Below are positions 9,621 through 18,965 of a stretch of DNA of 64,000 bases, one piece after another (the first letter of the stretch is position 1; every line of letters starts with the position of its first letter). The notes below the pieces were generated by a model, which was given only the letters and a program-made list of their open reading frames with translations, did not search any database and was not told the origin of the DNA. The translations under genes were made by a program, and so were the position numbers. Origin of the DNA: Candidatus Poribacteria bacterium (lineage in GTDB: Bacteria > Poribacteria > WGA-4E > PCPOR2b); NCBI GenBank assembly GCA_965215015.1, contig OZ244042.1:2784001-2848000 (forward strand). Direction: 5' to 3'.

Positions 9621-10853
9621 ATGACAGAAAAAGTACTGGGATTGAAATGTCGTGAATGTGGGAGGCAGTATCCTAAGGAACCTCTCCATGTGTGTGAATT
9701 TTGTTTTGGCCCACTTGAGGTAGATTACAACTACGAAGTCATCCAGAAATCAATTTCACGAGAATCCATTGAACGAGGCCCCGAAAGCCTCTGGCGCTAT
9801 GCCGACCTACTGCCAATCGATGGTGAGCCGACCGATGGATTTAATTCAGGGTTTACCCCTTTAATCCGCGCCAAAAATCTGGAAGCGGTGCTCGGTGTGG
9901 AGGCACTTTATATCAAAGATGATTCGGTGTGTCACCCGACCCTCTCTTTCAAAGATCGTGTTGTGGCGGTTGCGCTGAGTAAGGCAAAGGAGTTTGGGTT
10001 TGATACCGTTTCGTGTGCTTCAACCGGCAACTTAGCCAATTCGGTCGCAGCAAATGCAGCCATTGCGAATCTCAACTGCTTCATCTTTATTCCTGCCGAT
10101 TTAGAGATGGGGAAAGTGGTGGCTTCGCTCGTTTACGCCCCGACGGTGGTCGGAATCGCAGGCAATTACGACGATGTCAACCGATTATGCAGCGAGATTG
10201 CCGGTGTTTACCCTTGGGCGTTTGCCAACATCAATATCCGGCCGTTTTACGCAGAAGGCTCCAAAACCTTCACCTATGAGATTATCGAACAACTCGGTTG
10301 GGAAGCACCAGATCATATTGTTGTGCCTGCAGCGGGCGGTTCGCTTATCACAAAAGTGGGCAAGGCGTTGAAAGAGTTCCATACATTGGGACTGATTGAC
10401 AAGCCACAAACACACATCCATGTTGCACAGGCTGAAGGTTGTGGGCCAATTGCCACAACAGTCAAGGAGGGCAGCGATTTTGTCAAGCCCGTTAAACCGG
10501 ACACCATTGCTAAATCCCTTGCAATCGGCAACCCTGCCGACGGAATCTATGCCGCTGCAACGGTGCGGGATTCAGGGGGGTACGGGGAACATGCAAACGA
10601 TGAGGAAATTGTCGAAGCAATCAAACTCCTTGCCGCGACAGAAGGCATCTTCACTGAAACGGCAGGAGGTGTCACGCTTGCCGCAGCGAGAAAGCTAATC
10701 GAAAGCGGACGCATCAACCGAGATGAGCGAATTGTTGTCAGCATCACCGGCAACGGACTGAAGACCATCGAAGCACTTGAAGGACGAGTGCCCGAACCCC
10801 ATGTGATTCAACCACAACTGAACGCATTCCGAAAATTGATGACGATGCTTTAG
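9621..10853 (+). CDS. Threonine synthase-like PLP enzyme with N-terminal Zn ribbon (ThrC or O-phosphohomoserine sulfhydrylase type)
   Basis: CRECG...CEFC, PTLSFKDR (PLP Lys), ASTGNLA, EGSKT, ITGNGLK. Confidence 0.88.
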   Translation: MTEKVLGLKCRECGRQYPKEPLHVCEFCFGPLEVDYNYEVIQKSISRESIERGPESLWRYADLLPIDGEPTDGFNSGFTPLIRAKNLEAVLGVEALYIKDDSVCHPTLSFKDRVVAVALSKAKEFGFDTVSCASTGNLANSVAANAAIANLNCFIFIPADLEMGKVVASLVYAPTVVGIAGNYDDVNRLCSEIAGVYPWAFANINIRPFYAEGSKTFTYEIIEQLGWEAPDHIVVPAAGGSLITKVGKALKEFHTLGLIDKPQTHIHVAQAEGCGPIATTVKEGSDFVKPVKPDTIAKSLAIGNPADGIYAAATVRDSGGYGEHANDEEIVEAIKLLAATEGIFTETAGGVTLAAARKLIESGRINRDERIVVSITGNGLKTIEALEGRVPEPHVIQPQLNAFRKLMTML

Positions 10854-10925
10854 GGAACGCCATTCCTAAGTGTCCACCTGTTTACCATTTCGGTTAAAAC
10901 TATGAAAACTGAGGAGCATAAAGCC

Positions 10926-12105
10926 ATGAATTTTTTCGACACAATAGAAATGGCCCCCCCCCGACCCCATCTTGGGACTTAACGCGGCCTTCAAGGCGGA
11001 TCCGCGGCCCAACAAAGTGAACCTGAGCATTGGTGCTTACAAAACCGATGACCTCCAGCCACTTGTGCTTGCAGCGGTCAGGAAAGCAGAGCAGCAAATC
11101 ATCACAGAGGGTATGGATAAGGAGTACCTCTCTCAAGATGGGGACCCAGAATACGTGAAGCATTCCATCAGACTGGTATTCGACACAGAGCAAGATAATA
11201 TCTTTGGGGCACAGGCACCCGGGGGGACAGCCGGTATAAGACTCGCCGGGGAGTTTCTCGCTCAAATTGGAAGTCAAGTCATCTACCTCCCGGACCCGAC
11301 GTGGGCAAACCACAACCAAGTGTTTACAAGAGCAGGATTGCAGGTTGAATCATATCCGTACTATGATGCGGAGCGCAGGGAATTTACCAAGTCGCGTATG
11401 GTAGAAGCGATTAAGTCCATCCCTAGTGGAAGCCCAATTCTGCTTCACGCCTGCTGTCACAACCCAACCGGGCTCGACCCCACACCAACAGATTGGAAAG
11501 AACTTTCAACAGCCATCAAGACACGGGGGCTGCTGCCGGTGTTTGACTTTGCCTACCAAGGTTTTGGGCAAGGTATTGATGAAGATGCAATGGCAGTCCG
11601 TTATTTCCTGGCTGAGGGCCATCAGATGCTTGTTGCAAATTCCTATTCCAAAAACTTTGGACTTTACGGAGAGCGGACGGGCGGATTCTATGTTGTTACA
11701 GCCGATGCGGACTCTGCTGAAAGGGTCAAATCTCAAATTATGCGAATTATCCGTGCCAACTACTCGAACCCACCTCTGCACGGTTCACGTATCATTGCAA
11801 CGGTGCTCGCTTCCGACACACTCAGGCAGGAATGGGAAACCGAACTGGCGGCCATGCGGGAGCGAATCTCCGGGATGCGCCAGGCGTTGGCTGAAGGCTT
11901 AAAGGCTGGCGGTAATTCAGTTGATTTTAGCTTTATGTACAAGCAGAACGGGATGTTCTCTTATTCCGGGCTCTCCAAAGCCGCCGTGGATCGACTGAAG
12001 GAAGAATATGCTATCTACATGCCGACAAACGGTCGCCTGAATGTGGCAGGATTGTCGCCTAAGAACTTGAATTACGTTGTAGAAGCAATCTTGGCGGTGC
12101 TGTAA
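10926..12105 (+). CDS. aspC: Aspartate/aromatic aminotransferase class I, with a +1 frameshift in a C9 run at 10954-10962
   Basis: GAGGAG RBS, then MNFFDTIEMAPP/DPILGL joined only if the run is C8. Contains CCHNPTG, DFAYQGF, SYSKNFGLYGER. Confidence 0.85.
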
Positions 12106-12121
12106 GCGAAAGGATTTTATT

Positions 12122-13474
12122 ATGACCAAACAAGTTGAAATACGCTATGAAGTCATTGAACATCAATTGGCGAACGGCTTGAAGGTATTGACGAAAGAAG
12201 TTCACGCCGCCCCGGTCGCCAGCAGTTATATTTGGTACAAGGTCGGTTCACGCAATGAACGCCCCGGACTCACTGGTGTTTCCCATTGGGTCGAACACAT
12301 GCTTTTCAAAGGCACGCCCAAATTCTCCAAAGAGGAGCTAGGACGCTTTATCGAAGGCAACGGCGGCAGATGGAATGCGTTCACGAGCAACGATTATACC
12401 GCATATTACGAAACCCTGCCCGCGGACAAAATTTCGGTCGCACTCGCCTTGGAGTCAGATCGGATGCAGAACAGTGTTTTTGATCCGGAGGAGGTCGAAG
12501 CAGAACGCACGGTAATCCTTTCGGAGCGCGAAGGGTATGAGAATACACCCCAATTCGTATTGAGGGAGGAGGTACAGGCGACCGCGTACAAAGCCCACCC
12601 GTATCAATGGGGTATCATCGGCTGGCCCTCAGACCTCAAAACAATGACCCGCGATGACCTCTACAACTACTACCGTCAACGTTACGTTCCGAACAATGCA
12701 ACCCTCGTCCTCGTTGGGGACTTCGATACCCCTGAGCTAATGAAACAGGTTGAGACCCACTTTGGGCCGCTTGCTAGCGGAGAATCGATCGTAGGTCCAT
12801 CGACGGTTGAACCCGAACAGCGCGGCGAAAGACGGGTTACAGTTCGTAAAGAGGGAACGCTCGCTTATGCTGCCATCGTCTATCATATCCCCGCGGCTGG
12901 GCATCCAGATTTCTATCCACTAGAAGTGATTAGTACCGTGCTTAGTATGGGCAAAACTTCACGGTTCTACCGTGCCTTGGTTGATAAACAGTTGGCAACC
13001 TCCGCCTATTTTTATCCCGATTTTTCCAAAGACGCCGGACTTGCTTGGATATTCGCAGAGGCACAAGTGGGTGTTGATCCAGCCACGCTTGAAAAGGCAC
13101 TATTAGAACAGATAGACCGTATCCAGAATGAAGTGCTCACAGAGGCCGAACTAGAAAAGGCAATCAACCAAACGGAGGCACATTTCATCTTCGCCCTCGA
13201 TAGCGTCTCAAATCAAGCGGCGCAAATCGGCTACTACGAAACCGTTTACGATTACAAATACCTCGATACCTATCTCGACAACATTCGGTCAGTCACCCGC
13301 GAGCAAACTCGCGAAGCTGCTCAGAAGTACCTCACCGAAGATAACCGCACGGTTGGATATTTTCAACCAATGTCACCGGGGAATGGCGGCACATCTGGCG
13401 AACCTGCTGCACCCGCTCTGCATCACATGAGACAACCCACCTTATTTCAAATTCAGGGAGGGATTGAAAGATGA
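12122..13474 (+). CDS. M16 (pitrilysin) zinc peptidase, catalytic subunit
   Basis: HWVEH inverted zinc motif, NAFTS.DYT.Y, YVPNNATLVLVGD. Confidence 0.93.
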   Translation: MTKQVEIRYEVIEHQLANGLKVLTKEVHAAPVASSYIWYKVGSRNERPGLTGVSHWVEHMLFKGTPKFSKEELGRFIEGNGGRWNAFTSNDYTAYYETLPADKISVALALESDRMQNSVFDPEEVEAERTVILSEREGYENTPQFVLREEVQATAYKAHPYQWGIIGWPSDLKTMTRDDLYNYYRQRYVPNNATLVLVGDFDTPELMKQVETHFGPLASGESIVGPSTVEPEQRGERRVTVRKEGTLAYAAIVYHIPAAGHPDFYPLEVISTVLSMGKTSRFYRALVDKQLATSAYFYPDFSKDAGLAWIFAEAQVGVDPATLEKALLEQIDRIQNEVLTEAELEKAINQTEAHFIFALDSVSNQAAQIGYYETVYDYKYLDTYLDNIRSVTREQTREAAQKYLTEDNRTVGYFQPMSPGNGGTSGEPAAPALHHMRQPTLFQIQGGIER

Positions 13475-14745
13475 GTAACCATCAAGCACCATCTACGCGC
13501 CACGTCTTTGACAACGGTCTGACACTGCTCATCCAAGAGAACCGTTTCAATCAAACCGTTGCAATCAGTGGACGGTTGAAGGCAGGCAGCATGTATGATT
13601 ATGAAGGTTTCTACGGGCTCTCGGATAGCGTTGCCAACATGCTGACGAGGGGCACCGAGGACCGGACATGGGAAGAAATCGCCGAGACGACCGAATCTGT
13701 CGGCGCAAATATAAGCGTTGGGGGGAATACCGAGACGGTCGGCGTTGAGGGACGCCTGCTGTCGAAGGATTTCGATCGTGTGCTTGACGTGCTCAACGAC
13801 ATCCTACGGGCACCCAACTTTCCACAAGAAGAGATTGAAAAACACCGGCATCAGGTTTATAGTTGGCTGAAGGCGTGGGAGGATGAAACGGATGATGTCG
13901 CGGATCGTCTGCTGCGAGAATCTGTTTACTCCAGTGAACACCCTTACTATTGGCGTGTGCAGGGGACGGCAGAATCGGTCAAACGGATACAGAGGGACGC
14001 ATTGGTTGATTTTCATGCGGCTTATTATCGACCCGATTCACTCATTCTGGCGATTGTCGGCGATGTGGAAACACAGGTGATTATTGAAAAAATTGACGCT
14101 GCAATGGGCGATTGGACGGCAAATGGTGAACAACCCTCTTTCACTATACCGGCGGTGGAATATGGTAAAAAGCAGGTTGTGGTCCGGTCCATGATGGACA
14201 AATCACAAGTGAATATTGAGTTGGGGCATAAAGGGATTGCACGGACAAACCCAGATTTTTACACTGTCAATCTCATGAATGCTGTCTTGGGTGGAAGTGC
14301 AGGAATTGCGCGATTGTTCGGGCGTGTGCGTGATGTGCAAGGACTCGCATACAGCGTCTGGAGTTCATTCACTCCATCAATCGGCGAAGGACTTTTCCAT
14401 GCAAGCGCGGGGGTCAACCCAACCAACGTGGACAAAGCTATTCACAGTATCCTCCACGAAATCGAATTGATGAAATCCGATGGTATCACAGAAGAAGAAT
14501 TGTCGGATGTGCAGAACCTAATTGTCGGAAATTTCGCGCTAGCCCTCGAAACGAACAGGGGCCTCGCCGCAGTGCTGCTAACTGCGGAGTTGTACGGTTT
14601 GGGACTCGACTATCTTGAGCGGCATGAATCAATTTACCGGGGTATCACCCGTGCACAGGTGAACGCGGCTGCCCGGAAATACCTACATCCAGATTTGTGT
14701 AGTATCGCAATTGCGGGACCGTATCAAGGCGAAACGATTGCATAG
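13471..14745 (+). CDS. M16 peptidase partner subunit (lacks HxxEH)
   Basis: Overlaps the previous stop (ATGA). Has YRPDSLILAIVGD and RLF.RVR..GLAY motifs. Confidence 0.9.
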   Translation: MSNHQAPSTRHVFDNGLTLLIQENRFNQTVAISGRLKAGSMYDYEGFYGLSDSVANMLTRGTEDRTWEEIAETTESVGANISVGGNTETVGVEGRLLSKDFDRVLDVLNDILRAPNFPQEEIEKHRHQVYSWLKAWEDETDDVADRLLRESVYSSEHPYYWRVQGTAESVKRIQRDALVDFHAAYYRPDSLILAIVGDVETQVIIEKIDAAMGDWTANGEQPSFTIPAVEYGKKQVVVRSMMDKSQVNIELGHKGIARTNPDFYTVNLMNAVLGGSAGIARLFGRVRDVQGLAYSVWSSFTPSIGEGLFHASAGVNPTNVDKAIHSILHEIELMKSDGITEEELSDVQNLIVGNFALALETNRGLAAVLLTAELYGLGLDYLERHESIYRGITRAQVNAAARKYLHPDLCSIAIAGPYQGETIA

Positions 14746-14782
14746 AAAATGCTTATCCAATAAAATAGGGATTAGTAAGGCA

Positions 14783-15073
14783 ATGCAAGAAGAAATAAAT
14801 AGCTGGACAGATGAAAATGAAAAGCAGTGGAAACAGCAGATTCGTCAGCTCTTCGATGCTAAGCTTGAGCAAGTTCTTCAAACCTATGGTTCTCCACCTG
14901 AGGTTGGCAATCAATTGGGGGACGTGCTTCGCGAATTAGAGGTGGAAGCCGCGAAACTTGTTGTGCCTCGGTCAGTTCGGAAGCATGTATCATCAGAGAA
15001 CCTGTTGAGGTGGGAAGATTTGTTGAGGGATGAGGAGATGTTGCTTGACCTACATTCTACTAGGAGAAAATAG
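14783..15073 (+). CDS. Small helical hypothetical protein upstream of HNH nuclease
   Basis: ATG 14783, 96 aa. Stop lies 4 nt before the HNH start; the region is visibly AT-richer. Confidence 0.5.
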   Translation: MQEEINSWTDENEKQWKQQIRQLFDAKLEQVLQTYGSPPEVGNQLGDVLRELEVEAAKLVVPRSVRKHVSSENLLRWEDLLRDEEMLLDLHSTRRK

Positions 15074-15077
15074 TTTG

Positions 15078-16181
15078 ATGAATCGAAAACCAACTTCCAA
15101 CAATCGTGCTAAGTTTGTATGCTATCCAATGGTTGGCAGTATTGAACAACAAGCGTTTAATTTGCTAAAGACGCTAAAATGGATTCATAATTCGCGGCCC
15201 TCTAAGGGAAGTGAAGTTTGGAAATGGCTACGGACAGCGTTTCGTTCCCGTAAGCCTTTGGTTGATAAATATGCCCAAAACATCTACTCTGTTCTTCTGA
15301 GCGGGCCGGGTTTAGTAGAAGTCGAAAACGGCAAGTGTCGGCTTACCCGTGACGGTTACATCGTACTCCATTCATCCTCGTATGATTGCCTATTGGAGGT
15401 TTTTGCGAAAAACTTTGTTGGATTGATAGAGATAATGGAAATTTTACAGAACCGAGCTGAACTGCCAACGGAGGTTTTGCTGTTAGAATGGTTTGCAACC
15501 ACAAGTAGTCGTTTTCATCGAATGCGTTGCTGGGGAGAACGCCACATCTCCAATCAATTTCGTATCCGTGTGGACTGGCTACGTGCATTCGGCGTTATTG
15601 AGGTTGAAAACGGCAAATTTCGGCTTACCGCTGAAGGGCAACAATTTATAGACGAACACCCACCTGAATCTCTACTCTTGAGCTCAGACGAAATTCAGGC
15701 GGAGGAAAAAATCATTCGCGCACAAATTGACACTCCTTTCACGGTCTTCGATAAGACGGTTGCACAGACAAAGTCGTCGCGTCAAGCCTACGTCCGCAGT
15801 CGCGTATTCCGCAATATTGTTGTCAAACAGTATAACTATGCCTGTGCAGTTTGTAACTTTCGTCTTAGTACACCTGATAACGTGTATGAGATTCAAGCTG
15901 CACATATCATCCCACGCAGTAAGCGAGGAGCTGACGATCCGCGGAATGGGATTGGACTGTGTGGTATCCATCATTGGATGTTTGATAAAGGTGTAATTTC
16001 AGTTCTCCCCTCCGATTTAACAATCCGAGTTGCAGCTTATATCAAGGCACACAGCGCAGATCCATCAGGGGCTCAGGTAGCTCAGTATGCTGAACAACCT
16101 ATTCGTTCCACCGTTAATCCAGAGTATGCACCGGCAACACTAGCCTTAGAGTGGCATAACGAGAATGTCTTTATTGGTTGA
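15078..16181 (+). CDS. HNH endonuclease with two N-terminal winged-helix-like repeats (putative type IV restriction enzyme)
   Basis: FRNIV..Y...CAVC, AAHIIP, D..NGIGLC..HH.MFD.G (HNH_2). Repeats GLVEVENGKCRLTRDG and GVIEVENGKFRLTAEG. AGGAG RBS. Confidence 0.8.
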   Translation: MNRKPTSNNRAKFVCYPMVGSIEQQAFNLLKTLKWIHNSRPSKGSEVWKWLRTAFRSRKPLVDKYAQNIYSVLLSGPGLVEVENGKCRLTRDGYIVLHSSSYDCLLEVFAKNFVGLIEIMEILQNRAELPTEVLLLEWFATTSSRFHRMRCWGERHISNQFRIRVDWLRAFGVIEVENGKFRLTAEGQQFIDEHPPESLLLSSDEIQAEEKIIRAQIDTPFTVFDKTVAQTKSSRQAYVRSRVFRNIVVKQYNYACAVCNFRLSTPDNVYEIQAAHIIPRSKRGADDPRNGIGLCGIHHWMFDKGVISVLPSDLTIRVAAYIKAHSADPSGAQVAQYAEQPIRSTVNPEYAPATLALEWHNENVFIG

Positions 16182-16389
16182 GAATAAATGAAGTGAACCA
16201 TGACGGGCAGCAAATTATTGAAAAAACTGCAGCAGAAAGTAGAAACGATCTGGAGGGTTGTCAGGAACAACACTTAACTTTGCCGCTGTCTATCTGGGAC
16301 AACGCTCCCGCTTCAGTTCTACTTGGACTGCTATTGGCAGAAGATGCACTCGTTCAAATTCAAGGTATACAAAGTAGGCGATTGAGCAA

Positions 16390-17076
16390 CTAGGGGCACC
16401 TACGCCCAGCTGCGATTAATAGATCTGGACGATTCGAGCCAATGGCGTCAACCCCCAGATCGATGGCACGCTGTATATCTTGAACCGTGTCGGGGTTCCA
16501 TGCACGAATTTTGAGGCCGTGTGTGTGTGCTTCCCGGACAAGCTGAGGATCAATATTCTGATGTTGGATATGTATTGCTTCCGCTTCCATATTGATTGCC
16601 TGTTCACACGCATCATCCGGCGGATCCGCCCACAACGCGCCTAGCCGCAAGTTCGGATTAAGCTGACGTGCTTCGCGCAGCCGTTCATGGACAAACGAGG
16701 TCAGAAGCACCTCGCTTTCCATCCTATTTCGCTCAACCGCACGGACAACCGGCTCAGCGGTGTCTGGCCCTTTCAGTTCAATCTGGAGAATTACCTGCCC
16801 GCGCACCAGATCCATCACTTCCTGTAGTGTTGGAATGCGCTCTCCTTTGCCGGCGTCCAACCGCCTCACTTCGACTAACGTGAAGTCGGCAATTGCGCCC
16901 TGTCCGTCGGTTGTCCGATCTACAGTGGTATCGTGGATAACTACCAGATGCTGATCGCGCGTCAGATGCACATCAATCTCAACCTGATCAACGCCGAGAT
17001 CTATCGCTTTTTGAATGGATAGCAACGTATTTTCTGGTTCAAGTTTTGCCGCGCCCCGGTGTCCTGTAAAAATCAT
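16390..17076 (-). CDS. Glycerophosphodiester phosphodiesterase
   Basis: GHRGAA..PENT, EIDVHLT.D, HD.TVDRTT, IELKG. Confidence 0.93.
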   Translation of the reverse strand: MIFTGHRGAAKLEPENTLLSIQKAIDLGVDQVEIDVHLTRDQHLVVIHDTTVDRTTDGQGAIADFTLVEVRRLDAGKGERIPTLQEVMDLVRGQVILQIELKGPDTAEPVVRAVERNRMESEVLLTSFVHERLREARQLNPNLRLGALWADPPDDACEQAINMEAEAIHIQHQNIDPQLVREAHTHGLKIRAWNPDTVQDIQRAIDLGVDAIGSNRPDLLIAAGRRCP

Positions 17077-17089
17077 TTGGTTCCTCTCT

Positions 17090-17587
17090 TTAGTTGTTGG
17101 TATCTTGAAGCCCTTTCAAGGCTGTGATGATATTCTCATGTTTAGCGAGATCCAACTGGTGTGAGCCAATATACATGAACCGGATAATTAAATCCTTATC
17201 AATCACAAATGTCGCAGGACGAGCGATGTTATACGCATCAAGCCCCAGCCAATGGTACACGCCATAGCTTTTAATCACCTGTCGATCCTTATCCGTGAGC
17301 AACGGAAAGGTGATAGCGTGTCTTTCGGCGTATCGACGCACTTCACGGGGCCATTGACCAACGATGCTAAGTACCGTAGCACCCAAGTCTGCGTATTCGT
17401 TGCTGACGCGCTGGAGATCTCCTAACTGGCGACGGCTATTCGGTCACCATGTCCCCCGAAAGAAGACTAGGATGACAGATTGTTGGCCGAGATAGGATTC
17501 AAGGCTCACGGTTTGACGCTGAACAGAGGTCAATGTGAATAACGGTGCCTTATCACCGATGTTAAGAATCCTGTTTTTTCGTGGCAT
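17090..17587 (-). CDS. AhpC/TSA (peroxiredoxin-like) selenoprotein; in-frame UGA at codon 48
   Basis: ATG 17587 gives MPRKNRILNIGDKAPLFTL...VILVFFRGTW-UGA-PNSRRQL and continues in frame into the 17090-17386 ORF (FPLLTD, ARPATFVID). TGA is at 17444-17446. Confidence 0.85.
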
Positions 17588-17659
17588 AATTCATCGTGAT
17601 TTTAAGGACTATCCTGTTAATCCTTTGGTGCGAGTTGGTGAGGCTATCGTTTCCACGTT

Positions 17660-18880
17660 TCAATCTTGTTCCAATTCTTGACGAATTCTTTCGGCGAGCG
17701 TTTCGGTGTTGCTGTCGTTCAAGTGAAGTGGATTAATCAGCAGTTTTCCTTCTCGAAGACCGCCGTGGCTGACATAAATCGGAGGGACCCCCCTCCGGAG
17801 ACTTTGGCAAATTTCCATCGCCCCTCGACCAATGGCTTCTTCATCGATCGCAATTTGCAACAGTGGAAGACTTTGACCGTCCCCTTTATCACGAATGCTG
17901 CATTGTATGGGAGAGCCGTTCAGTTTTCCCACTATCCGACTGAGGCGTGCGTGTGCTTTGGGGACCGCTTCATCATAGGCACCGGAGGTGAAAAGCTGCA
18001 ATGCCACAAGTAGAGCGATAATCTCTTCCTTGGAGACCTTAAAACCGCGCCCGATTCCGTGGCGTGGAATGCCACGGAATTTTGTCTTATCGATGAGTGA
18101 TGCCGGTGGATTCCAAAGTTCCAAGTAGTCATCCATATCCAACAATTGCGCGACGGCAGGTCCTATAAGGTCTCGACGACCACAGAGAATCCCTGTTGAT
18201 TGGGGACCTCGAATGGATTTGCCACCGCTGAACGCTACCAAATCGGCACCCGTTGCCGCAATGGATTCGAGGTTGCTACGCGGCGGAAGTTCACCCGCTG
18301 CATCTACTAATACAGGAAGTTGATGCCGATGTGCAACAGCAACTACCTCTTCAAGTGGAGGTCGGGAGGTCGGGCTGTATACATAAAACACGCCCGCAGT
18401 ATTCGGTCCAAAGGCAGCTTCGTACTCCCACGCTTCAGTTCGCCGTACTCCCGCATTTGCAACGATTTCGTTGAAACCGACCTCCATAAGCCGGGCCCCT
18501 GCGGCTCTTACGGCGTGATCGTAACCACTTCGCTGCTCTCGGGCGACGACGAGTTCGTTGGGAAATCCGTCGCAATGCGGCAACCGCTCCATCAATCCCA
18601 AGTCGTAGCCTGTCAAGATTGCAGCGGCTCCTAAGGTTAGAGCGGATGCAGCACCAGCGGAAATCAAACCCGCTTCCGTTGCGGTAGCATCCGCAATAAC
18701 TTTGGAGGCGGCTGCCTGAAGTTGTTCGAGCGGCACCGATGCGCGAGCAGCTTCATTAAACGCATCCAGTACCGCATCGGGCATTGGTGCCCCCCCGAGA
18801 CGGGTCACCGATCCGGAGGCGTTGATAATCGGTGTAACTCCAAATTGTTCGTAAATTCCCATAGATATTTCCAATCTCAT
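17660..18880 (-). CDS. SelA/DgaE-like PLP-dependent enzyme
   Basis: IINASGSVTRLGG, VDAAGE, FSGGKSIRGPQSTG, IGRGFKVSKEE. Confidence 0.82.
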   Translation of the reverse strand: MRLEISMGIYEQFGVTPIINASGSVTRLGGAPMPDAVLDAFNEAARASVPLEQLQAAASKVIADATATEAGLISAGAASALTLGAAAILTGYDLGLMERLPHCDGFPNELVVAREQRSGYDHAVRAAGARLMEVGFNEIVANAGVRRTEAWEYEAAFGPNTAGVFYVYSPTSRPPLEEVVAVAHRHQLPVLVDAAGELPPRSNLESIAATGADLVAFSGGKSIRGPQSTGILCGRRDLIGPAVAQLLDMDDYLELWNPPASLIDKTKFRGIPRHGIGRGFKVSKEEIIALLVALQLFTSGAYDEAVPKAHARLSRIVGKLNGSPIQCSIRDKGDGQSLPLLQIAIDEEAIGRGAMEICQSLRRGVPPIYVSHGGLREGKLLINPLHLNDSNTETLAERIRQELEQD

Positions 18881-18965
18881 CAGTTACTATGGCTCATGTT
18901 AAAAAATCGTGCAACAGAACCCCGCCAGGGACTACTTGAGGGGTAACAACTGAACTGAGGTTATT

